Source of the DNA: Patescibacteria group bacterium
GTDB lineage: Bacteria; Patescibacteriota; Patescibacteriia; Magasanikbacterales; GWA2-37-8
Direction of reading: 5' to 3'
Length of the DNA stretch: 34,396 bases
Assembly: GCA_038056955.1 (NCBI GenBank)
Contig: JBBUEJ010000046.1
Coordinates: forward strand, 1 to 34,396
The notes under the pieces are model-generated. The model saw only the letters and a list, made by a program, of their open reading frames with translations, did not search any database and had not been told where the DNA came from. A program made the translations under genes and the position numbers. The stretch's first letter is position 1. Each line of letters opens with the position of its first letter. Below are positions 15,848-22,902 of the stretch, in pieces.

Positions 15848-15961
15848 TTAGTTAGGTGTTGACTTGCGATGTTCTTTTACAAGAACACGCTTGCCACCGG
15901 GTAAAACACGAAAGTGTCGGCGAACCTCCACGATCTTTTTACCTTTTTTTGTTTTAACCAT
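15848..15961 (-). CDS. Possible 37-aa highly basic micro-protein (MVKTKKGKKIVEVRRHFRVLPGGKRVLVKEHRKSTPN)
   Basis: ATG 15961 to TAA 15848, below the ORF-track length cutoff. It lies in a GC-richer segment. There is no SD (as for most genes here), and it contains one copy of the ACACTTTCG motif. It could instead be part of a non-coding RNA. Confidence 0.25.
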   Translation of the reverse strand: MVKTKKGKKIVEVRRHFRVLPGGKRVLVKEHRKSTPN

Positions 15962-16114
15962 AGTACTTTGACTTAGCAGGTTAATAACCGGAGAGGCTTC
16001 GACTACATCCCCACCTCAACACAAATAAATATGCTGAGGAGGAGTGTCGAGCCCTGACTGATTAACCGCTGAGTCATGCCCCCGACTAAATCTGCTCGCT
16101 ATTTTTCAATAAAC

Positions 16115-16123
16115 TGTGGATAA
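16115..16123 (+). promoter_or_regulatory. TGTGGATAA 9-mer (DnaA-box consensus), 37 nt upstream of the M-gene -10
   Basis: Exact 9-mer within aaactgtggataact, which is shared with 1257-1271. Confidence 0.4.
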
Positions 16124-16133
16124 CTTATACTTT

Positions 16134-16155
16134 ACACTTTCGGGAAACTTTCGGG
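16134..16155 (+). promoter_or_regulatory. Operator-like tandem direct repeat acACTTTCGGG-aaACTTTCGGG over the -35/spacer of the M promoter
   Basis: ACTTTCGGG occurs at 16136-16144 and 16147-16155 (11-bp phasing). The first copy is part of ACACTTTCG, which recurs upstream of the endonuclease gene. Confidence 0.55.
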
Positions 16156-16157
16156 TA

Positions 16158-16166
16158 TGATATAAT
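16158..16166 (+). promoter_or_regulatory. Extended -10 promoter (TGaTATAAT) of the LexA-methyltransferase gene
   Basis: TG at 16158-16159 and TATAAT at 16161-16166. The -35 slot (16137-16143) is the non-canonical CTTTCG(G). Confidence 0.6.
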
Positions 16167-16192
16167 TGTACTACCATACAAAAATAAGTCAA
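16165..16192 (-). promoter_or_regulatory. Divergent minus-strand promoter (TTGACT-16-TACAAT) reading toward the GC-rich segment and micro-ORF
   Basis: Minus strand: TTGACT = 16192..16187 and TACAAT = 16170..16165. Its -10 overlaps the plus-strand -10 by 2 nt. Confidence 0.45.
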
Positions 16193-16209
16193 TATACATG
16201 ACTAATAAA

Positions 16210-16218
16210 TTATCCACA
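16210..16218 (+). promoter_or_regulatory. TTATCCACA 9-mer (DnaA-box consensus), inverted partner of 16115-16123
   Basis: Exact 9-mer ending 2 nt before the M-gene ATG. Read on the minus strand it is TGTGGATAA, 39 nt upstream of the minus-strand -10. Confidence 0.4.
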
Positions 16219-16220
16219 AT

Positions 16221-18887
16221 ATGGCTACCCTAACAAAAAAACAAAAAGACATTTTGGATTTTATTGCCACCTACACCGACAAACGTGGCGTATCCCCCAC
16301 TATCGAAGAAATTGGTCAACATTTTAAGCGCGCAATTGGAACCATACATGAACATATTGAAGAATTGATAAAAAAGGGGCTTGTCAAAAAAAATAATTAT
16401 ATACGCGGTATTGAAATAATTAAAAACAACGAAACAGTTTTAATACCCTTAAAGGGTTTTATTGCTGCCGGCGTGCCAATTGAAGTTATTGAAGAATACG
16501 AAACCATTACCGTACCAAAAAGCTTACTTGCCAAATCCGGCGATCATTTTGCCTTGCGGGTAAAAGGAAATAGCATGATTCAGGACGGTATTTTTGATGG
16601 CGATAATGTTGTTATTAGAAAACAAAATACAGCCGATAATGGCGAAACTATTGTTGCCCTAATAAATGGAAACGAAGCAACCTTGAAAAGAATTTATAAA
16701 GTATCGGGCGGATTCCGGCTTCAGCCTGCAAACCCGACCATCCCCGCTATTATTGTTAAACAAATAATCGTGCAAGGTAAGGTAATTTCTGTAATGCGAA
16801 ATTATGAAACGAGGCGCATTTTAAACGAACCATTAAATTTGCTCACTTTTAATGAAGAACTAAAACAGCTCATCATTAAAACACAGGGCGATATTAAAAA
16901 CAATTTTAAACCCAACAATGAATTTGAAATTTGGCAAAAAACAGAAGAAGGACCGGACCAAGATAAATTTTGCCTTGAAACTACTTATACTTTTCTAAAT
17001 GAACTACTTTTACTTTGGGTTTGTAAAGATAAACAATTAATGAATTTTGATGCAATAGAAAATAAGCAAAAATTAACTGCGCTTAAAAAAGATGCCCAAG
17101 AAATATATTCGCATATTTTTATAAATAATATTTTTGATTGGTATAGCCCTAGTAATATTCTACTGCTGGAAATTACCAATATTTTTAACAAATACGATTT
17201 CTCAAAAATTGACAGGGATGTGCTTGGAAAAATGTACGAACAATTCATCACAAAAGAAGAGAGAAAAAGACTGGGACAATTTTATACTCCAGAACCAATA
17301 ATTGATTACATCCTAGACCAGACGGGATATATAAACAATATTGAAGACAAAAAAATTATTGACATATCGTGCGGTTCCGGCGGTTTTACGACACGAGCGG
17401 CCAATCGCCTAATTAACAAACTAAAACAAGAAACAGACAAAGAAGCGGTAATAAACAAAGTAATCAACAACATCTACGGTTTAGACATCAATCCATTTGC
17501 TTGTTACTTGGCTGAAACCAATATTTTATTACAACTATTGGATATTATTATTGAAACCAAGCAAAATAATCCAAAATATAAAGTGCCAAAAATTAATATA
17601 TTTCAAACAAATACCATAGAAACACCCACGTTGTTAAGTGGCGATGAACAAAATATAAGAGAAATCAAAAATAAGGCCGGCAAATTTAGCAACGGGTTTG
17701 ATTTTGTAGTTGGTAACCCACCATATTTAGAAGCAAAAAAAATGGATAAAAAAACAAAAGGACTGTGCGCCGTCACTTGCCCCAATATAGCAAGTGGCGC
17801 TTTTGACCTCTTTGTTTGCTTTATTGACAAAGGTCTGCGTTTATTAAAAAATGGTGGAAAATTCGGATATATATTTCCAAACAAATTTTTGATAGCAAAC
17901 TACGCAAAAAAAATACGCGAGAAACTGCTAAATAACTACTCAATCAAAGAAATTATTGACGTGTCCGAATGTGAAGTGTTTGAAAACGTATCGGTATACC
18001 CTATAATTTTCATTGCCGAAAATAAAAAACCGCAAAATAACATAATTAAAACTGCGGAAAAAATAAATAATACGAACGAATTGAAAAACAAAAATTTTAT
18101 CACAAACGAAATTAAACAGGTTATATATAAAAGAGATGATTTTGTATTTTTTATTCTACCAAGCGATAAGGGACAAACCGCTCTACTCATGAAACTTCTT
18201 GGTGATAAATACAAAACTCTTGATAATTACCTTACTTTAAAATGGACAATATCTTTTCATGCTTCCGGTTTGAGAGAAAAATTTTTGTTCCCCGAAAAGC
18301 CACAGTCAGAATTTGCAAAAAAATTAATTGGCGGTAAATCATTTGCCGGTAATGATGATATAAACAGGTATAACTTAAAATGGGGTGGCTGGTGGATTGA
18401 TTATAATGAAGAATTAGCCCGCAAACATAAAAATCAACTCCCGCCAAAAAGTTTGTTTGAACAAGAAAAATTAATCATCTGCCAAAATGCATTACGCTTG
18501 CGCGCTACATATGATGATAAAGAATACTACTGCAAAGATACTTTTTTTGTTGCGCGCCTAAACGAAGATTTAAAAAAAGACTATAATATTAAATTTTTTC
18601 TTGCATTACTCAATTCGAAATTACTACATTACTATTATGGCAATATATATAAAGGAACCCATATTGCTGGCGGCTATCTTCATTATTTGATTGGCTATCT
18701 CTATAGCCTGCCAATTGCTGCGCCTACAAAAAAACAACAATCGGAAATTGTTGCTTTAGTAGAAAAAATACTTTCTACAAAAGAAGATAAAAAATATGTA
18801 TTGCTTGATGAAAAGATTGACGAAGCAATTTACAATCTTTACAATTTAGATGAGCGAGAAATTAAAATGGTTGAATCTTTTATTTAA
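16221..18887 (+). CDS. Fusion protein: full-length LexA-like repressor (wHTH + S24 autopeptidase) joined to an Eco57I/TaqI-like gamma-class N6-adenine DNA methyltransferase with a TaqI-like C-terminal target-recognition region
   Basis: Residues 1-195 align by eye to LexA almost position for position: LTKKQKDILDFI..RGVSPTIEEIG..GTIHEHIEELIKKGLV (wHTH), IAAG (Ala83-Gly84 scissile site), GNSM (Ser118), ATLKR (Lys156). Residues about 340-890 carry LGQFYTPEPII, motif I DISCGSGGF, motif IV VGNPPY (17715-17726), and a C-terminal region of TaqI-like MTase type. It is one uninterrupted 888-codon frame. Confidence 0.85.
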   Translation: MATLTKKQKDILDFIATYTDKRGVSPTIEEIGQHFKRAIGTIHEHIEELIKKGLVKKNNYIRGIEIIKNNETVLIPLKGFIAAGVPIEVIEEYETITVPKSLLAKSGDHFALRVKGNSMIQDGIFDGDNVVIRKQNTADNGETIVALINGNEATLKRIYKVSGGFRLQPANPTIPAIIVKQIIVQGKVISVMRNYETRRILNEPLNLLTFNEELKQLIIKTQGDIKNNFKPNNEFEIWQKTEEGPDQDKFCLETTYTFLNELLLLWVCKDKQLMNFDAIENKQKLTALKKDAQEIYSHIFINNIFDWYSPSNILLLEITNIFNKYDFSKIDRDVLGKMYEQFITKEERKRLGQFYTPEPIIDYILDQTGYINNIEDKKIIDISCGSGGFTTRAANRLINKLKQETDKEAVINKVINNIYGLDINPFACYLAETNILLQLLDIIIETKQNNPKYKVPKINIFQTNTIETPTLLSGDEQNIREIKNKAGKFSNGFDFVVGNPPYLEAKKMDKKTKGLCAVTCPNIASGAFDLFVCFIDKGLRLLKNGGKFGYIFPNKFLIANYAKKIREKLLNNYSIKEIIDVSECEVFENVSVYPIIFIAENKKPQNNIIKTAEKINNTNELKNKNFITNEIKQVIYKRDDFVFFILPSDKGQTALLMKLLGDKYKTLDNYLTLKWTISFHASGLREKFLFPEKPQSEFAKKLIGGKSFAGNDDINRYNLKWGGWWIDYNEELARKHKNQLPPKSLFEQEKLIICQNALRLRATYDDKEYYCKDTFFVARLNEDLKKDYNIKFFLALLNSKLLHYYYGNIYKGTHIAGGYLHYLIGYLYSLPIAAPTKKQQSEIVALVEKILSTKEDKKYVLLDEKIDEAIYNLYNLDEREIKMVESFI

Positions 18888-19587
18888 AACTTGTCAGAAA
18901 ATTTTGAACATACTCTTTAAAAGATATGATATTTGCCGCTACTGGCATATTCCCCTTATCCTTTCTCTTCCCATCTCTTATAACAAATATCGCATCTATT
19001 TTATGCTTTAAATCGGAATTGCCTAATAGTTGAGCCCATCCTTCGGTTAGTTCCAAAACCTCGGCAAAAACACAAAACTTAATACCGCCCAATAAATTAG
19101 TTGACTTTGTAATTTCGTCCTTAATAACGCGCGATTCTCCAATCAACTCTTTCATTCTGATCATATCGATATACTCTTTGCATTCAATTATCATCAGCGG
19201 CTTATCATCTGCTTTTCTAAAAATTACACAATCGCCGCCAATAGTTAAAACTTTGTCTTTGCCGTTTAATTTAATCATTTTTGCGGATAATCCACTTTTA
19301 TCATTTGCGGTAACTTTCTTACAATAAAACATGTCAATAAGCCCTGCCTCAGCAATAACTTGCTTAATCAAAATTTCAACAAAAAATTCATCCTTAAAAC
19401 CCACAAGAGCTGATACTTGTCTTTCTTTTAATTTGTATTTTTGGGCCCAATTGTAAAAATCGTTGAAATTTAAACTACAAAAAATTTCTATTGTTTCCTT
19501 GCTATTTTTACCAACTATCTTTTTTGCAACGTATTTATCAAAAATAGCTTTTGCGCTTACTTTTGTTTTTATTTTATCTTTGGGCAT
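18880..19587 (-). CDS. Putative type II restriction endonuclease (PD-(D/E)xK fold)
   Basis: 235-aa ORF convergent with the methyltransferase gene, overlapping it by 8 nt. Candidate catalytic motif GGD-x14-ECK (TIGGDCVIFRKADDKPLMIIECKEY). Low-GC island gene. The specific family was not recognised. Confidence 0.6.
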   Translation of the reverse strand: MPKDKIKTKVSAKAIFDKYVAKKIVGKNSKETIEIFCSLNFNDFYNWAQKYKLKERQVSALVGFKDEFFVEILIKQVIAEAGLIDMFYCKKVTANDKSGLSAKMIKLNGKDKVLTIGGDCVIFRKADDKPLMIIECKEYIDMIRMKELIGESRVIKDEITKSTNLLGGIKFCVFAEVLELTEGWAQLLGNSDLKHKIDAIFVIRDGKRKDKGNMPVAANIISFKEYVQNFLTSFK

Positions 19588-19616
19588 ATCATTTGATAAG
19601 GATAATGGACTTCCTA

Positions 19617-19648
19617 ATTATAAGAGTAACATAGACGTACGAAAGTGT
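19617..19648 (-). promoter_or_regulatory. Promoter of the endonuclease gene, with ACACTTTCG occupying the -35 slot (CTTTCG-17-TATAAT)
   Basis: Minus strand: GACACTTTCGT = 19650..19640 and TATAAT = 19622..19617, with a 17-nt spacer. This is the same 9-mer and the same spacing as in the M promoter. Confidence 0.55.
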
Positions 19649-19684
19649 CTATACCCGCCTGAATGAAGTTGGAGAAAGATATGT

Positions 19685-19713
19685 TTGCCTAAACCAACCA
19701 AATAAGCTAAAAT
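19685..19713 (+). promoter_or_regulatory. Candidate promoter of the RSH gene (TTGCCT-17-TAAAAT), 8 nt from the ATG
   Basis: TTGCCT at 19685-19690 and TAAAAT at 19708-19713, with the start codon at 19722. This implies a near-leaderless transcript. Confidence 0.45.
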
Positions 19714-19721
19714 TTAGAGGT

Positions 19722-21218
19722 ATGCCCTATCAAGATATTATCCCGGCCAATCCAAACATAAACGACTTGCTGACGCAAATACGAAAGTATTACCGCAAAG
19801 AAGATATAGATATGGTGCGGTTGGCTTATGATTTTGCCGCCAAAGCGCACGCCGGACAAACCCGCAAATCCGGAGAGCCTTACATTATTCATCCGGTCGC
19901 CACCGCGATGATTTTGGCGCACATGCGCATTGATCCAAATATTATCGTGGCTGCTTTGCTCCACGATGTGCCGGAAGACACGTCGGTTACTTTAGGAGAG
20001 ATAGAAAAAAATTTCGGACCGGATATCGCTTCCATAATAAAAGGCATTACCAAATTGGGCAAGCTTAAATATCGCGGTGTGGAACGCTACATAGAAAATC
20101 TGCGAAAAATGTTCGTAGCCATGGCCGAAGATATTCGCGTTATGATCATAAAATTTGCGGATCGCGTGCACAATCTGGCCACCATTGACGCCCTGCCTCC
20201 AAAAAAACGCTACCGCATTGCCTTGGAAAGCTTGGAAATTTACGCGCCCATAGCCAATCGCCTGGGTATCGGAGAATTTAAAAGTCTTTTGGAAGACCTT
20301 TCTTTTCCGCATATTTACCCAAAAGAATACGAAAAAACTAAGTCCTTACGCGACACTTTGATTTCCCAGCGCGAAGCCTACTTGCATAATGTAATGGAGA
20401 TTATAAAAAATGAATTAAAAAATTCGGGAATAAAAGTGTTAAATGTCCATGGCCGGGAAAAAGCTTTATATAGTTTGTACCAAAAAATTATCCGCAAAGG
20501 CGGCTGGGAACATACCGATAAAATCCACGATGTGGTGGCCATCCGAATTATCGTGGAAGACCTGGCCGACTGTTATGCGGCGCTGGGCATAATTCATAAA
20601 TTATGGCGCCCGCTAAAAGGAGGTATCAAAGACTACATTTCCCAACCCAAGCCAAACGGCTACAAATCCCTGCACACCACTGTTTTCTGCATTGACGGGC
20701 AAATTGTTGAATTCCAGATACGCGACAAAACAATGCACAATGAAGCGGAATACGGTATTGCCGCTCACTGGCACTATGATGAACGAGGGGCGCGCCTGCC
20801 CGCTAAAGATATTTTCTGGGCCAAAGAACTGGCGAATATTCAAAAAAATGTTTTGGAAAAATTGTCCGATTTAAACGAACTTAAAATTGATTTCTTTAAA
20901 AATCGTATTTTTGTATTTACTCCACAAGGAGATGTTATAGATTTGCCTGAAGACGCCACCCCTATTGATTTCGCTTACAATATTCATACGGACATCGGCA
21001 ATCATTGCAACGGCGCCAAAGTCAACGATCAGCTGGTCAGTTTGGATACGCCGCTCAAAAGCGGCGACGTGGTGGAAATTTTTACCGATAAAAACCGCAA
21101 GGGCCCCAGTCCGGATTGGATAAAAAATGTAAAAACTCATTTAGCCAAATCCCACATCAAAGAAAAATTAAAAACCGAAAAAAATACCTGGTTAAAAAAT
21201 ATTTTGCCAAAAAAATAA
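19722..21218 (+). CDS. RelA/SpoT-homologue (p)ppGpp synthetase/hydrolase with HD, synthetase and TGS domains; short form lacking the usual C-terminal regulatory domains
   Basis: HD motif LLHDVPEDT. Synthetase block HDVVAIRIIV..IKDYISQPKPNGYKSLHTTV. TGS block IFVFTPQGDVIDLPEDATPIDFAYNIHTDIG..GAKVN. It is only 498 aa. Confidence 0.9.
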   Translation: MPYQDIIPANPNINDLLTQIRKYYRKEDIDMVRLAYDFAAKAHAGQTRKSGEPYIIHPVATAMILAHMRIDPNIIVAALLHDVPEDTSVTLGEIEKNFGPDIASIIKGITKLGKLKYRGVERYIENLRKMFVAMAEDIRVMIIKFADRVHNLATIDALPPKKRYRIALESLEIYAPIANRLGIGEFKSLLEDLSFPHIYPKEYEKTKSLRDTLISQREAYLHNVMEIIKNELKNSGIKVLNVHGREKALYSLYQKIIRKGGWEHTDKIHDVVAIRIIVEDLADCYAALGIIHKLWRPLKGGIKDYISQPKPNGYKSLHTTVFCIDGQIVEFQIRDKTMHNEAEYGIAAHWHYDERGARLPAKDIFWAKELANIQKNVLEKLSDLNELKIDFFKNRIFVFTPQGDVIDLPEDATPIDFAYNIHTDIGNHCNGAKVNDQLVSLDTPLKSGDVVEIFTDKNRKGPSPDWIKNVKTHLAKSHIKEKLKTEKNTWLKNILPKK

Positions 21219-21243
21219 CCCGCACTTAGCGAGTTATTTTTTT
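21209..21243. terminator. Candidate bidirectional terminator spanning the convergent RSH and parB stop codons
   Basis: aaaaaaataac (21209-21219) pairs with gttattttttt (21233-21243). There is an inner cgc/gcg pairing, with A and T runs on either side. Confidence 0.45.
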
Positions 21244-22068
21244 AATCAAACTGGCTAATTCTTCTTGGGAGTAATAATCAATGATGATTGTGCCTCTTTT
21301 TCCTTTTTGGGTGATGGTTGCTTTTGTGCTCAAAGCCGCGCGCAACTGATCTTCTAAATAATTTAAGTTGGGATCGCGATGGCTTTTATGTGGGTTTTGT
21401 TTGCCTACCGCGCGCTCCAACTCTCGAACAGTGATGCGCTGACCCAACATGGAAGAAAGCATATCTAGTTGTTTGGTAGAATCTTCCAAACTCAACAAGG
21501 CGCGGGCTTGCCCCATATTAATTCTCTTATCAACCAAAGCGGTTTTGACTTCTTCCGGCAAACTTAAAAGCCGAATAGTATTGGCCACGGCCGGCCGGCT
21601 TTTGCCGACTTTGTCGGCGACTTCTTGCTGGGTTAAACTAAATTCTTCCATTAATCTTTGGTAGGCAAACGCTTCTTCAATCGGATTTAAGTTTTCTCTT
21701 TGAATATTCTCAATCAGCGCCACTTCTAATTTTTGTTGATCGGCAAATTTTTTAATGAGGGCCGGTACCGTCGTTAATCCAGCCATTTGCGCGGCCCGCC
21801 AGCGCCGTTCACCGGCCACCAATTCGTAGCCGCCATCGGCGCGTTCGGTTACCAGTAACGGCTGTAAAATGCCATGTTCTTTTATAGAAGACGCCAAATC
21901 TTCCAGTTCGGGCGCGCTAAAATTCTTACGCGGCTGATGCGTGTTTGGAGCTATAGAACTAACCGGAATATGCCAAACTCTGTCTTGTCCAGCTTGATCG
22001 CCCATTGGTTCATTTTTTTGTTTGGAGCCGCCCGAAATTAAAGCGCTCAATCCCCTTCCTAAGGCCAT
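21226..22068 (-). CDS. parB: Chromosome partitioning protein ParB/Spo0J
   Basis: ParB box LQPLLV..YELVAGERRWRAA, an HTH region (LTQQEVADKVGKSRPAVANTIRLL), and a position downstream of parA. Confidence 0.95.
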   Translation of the reverse strand: MALGRGLSALISGGSKQKNEPMGDQAGQDRVWHIPVSSIAPNTHQPRKNFSAPELEDLASSIKEHGILQPLLVTERADGGYELVAGERRWRAAQMAGLTTVPALIKKFADQQKLEVALIENIQRENLNPIEEAFAYQRLMEEFSLTQQEVADKVGKSRPAVANTIRLLSLPEEVKTALVDKRINMGQARALLSLEDSTKQLDMLSSMLGQRITVRELERAVGKQNPHKSHRDPNLNYLEDQLRAALSTKATITQKGKRGTIIIDYYSQEELASLIKKITR

Positions 22069-22098
22069 ACTATTTAAAATAAATTTTTAATTTCTAAA

Positions 22099-22863
22099 TT
22101 ATTCAAACCGTTCCAACACTTCCCGGCCCAGTCTTTCATAGGCTTTAGCTCCTTTGCCGCTGGGGTCATAGTGAAAAATACTTTGTCCAAAGCTGGGCGC
22201 TTCGGCCAAACGAACAGTGCGGGGAATCACGGAACGAAAAATATTATCCGGAAAAAATTTATACAGCTCATTCATTACTTCTTCGGACAAACTATTTCTG
22301 GAATCGTACATAGTAAGCACGGCTCCCAAAACTTTTAACTCCGGTTTTAAATTTGATCTTACCAGTTCTATAGTTTTAAGTAGCTGGCCTAGACCTTCCA
22401 GCGCGTAATATTCGGCTTGCACCGGAATTAAAATATAATCCGCGGCAATTAATCCATTTAAAGTTAAAATTCCCAGCGAAGGCGGGCAATCTATAATAAT
22501 ATAATCGTAAGCATGCGCCACTTCAGATAAAATTTCGGCCAATTTTGTTTCCCGCCCTTCTACGTTTACCAATTCCACATTCGCCCCCGCCAAATCCGGT
22601 GTGGCCGGAGCGACACGCAGTCCGGCATGACCGGTGTTATGCACAACATCATGCAAACGCGCCTGTCCGGACAGGCTATGATAAAGGCCTTTTTCTAATG
22701 CTTGGTATTTTATGCCCAAGCCGGATGTGGCATTGCCTTGCGGATCCAAATCTACCAGCAACACAAACTTGCCGGTGTCGGCCAGCGCCGCAGCCAGATT
22801 TACAGCGGTCGTGGTTTTACCCACTCCGCCTTTTTGATTTACTACTGAAATTATTTGTGGCAT
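22099..22863 (-). CDS. parA: Chromosome partitioning ATPase ParA/Soj
   Basis: Deviant Walker A VNQKGGVGKTTTAVNLA, plus DLDPQGNATSGLG and IIDCPPSLG. Confidence 0.95.
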   Translation of the reverse strand: MPQIISVVNQKGGVGKTTTAVNLAAALADTGKFVLLVDLDPQGNATSGLGIKYQALEKGLYHSLSGQARLHDVVHNTGHAGLRVAPATPDLAGANVELVNVEGRETKLAEILSEVAHAYDYIIIDCPPSLGILTLNGLIAADYILIPVQAEYYALEGLGQLLKTIELVRSNLKPELKVLGAVLTMYDSRNSLSEEVMNELYKFFPDNIFRSVIPRTVRLAEAPSFGQSIFHYDPSGKGAKAYERLGREVLERFE

Positions 22864-22883
22864 ATTTATCTAAGATTAAGACT

Positions 22884-22892
22884 ATTATAACA
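22884..22892 (-). promoter_or_regulatory. Extended -10 promoter (TGtTATAAT) for parAB
   Basis: The minus strand reads tgttataat, 20 nt upstream of the parA ATG. No good -35 was found. Confidence 0.45.
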
Positions 22893-22902
22893 CAAAAATA
22901 TG

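Noticed and set aside
15790-16220. Chromosomal replication origin, suggested by two perfect DnaA boxes with gyrA and parAB nearby
   Set aside because: There are only two boxes. No dnaA or dnaN is adjacent and no clear box cluster with an AT-rich unwinding repeat array was seen. The region sits inside a compositionally foreign island and is occupied by promoters. It is kept as a regulatory-site hypothesis instead.
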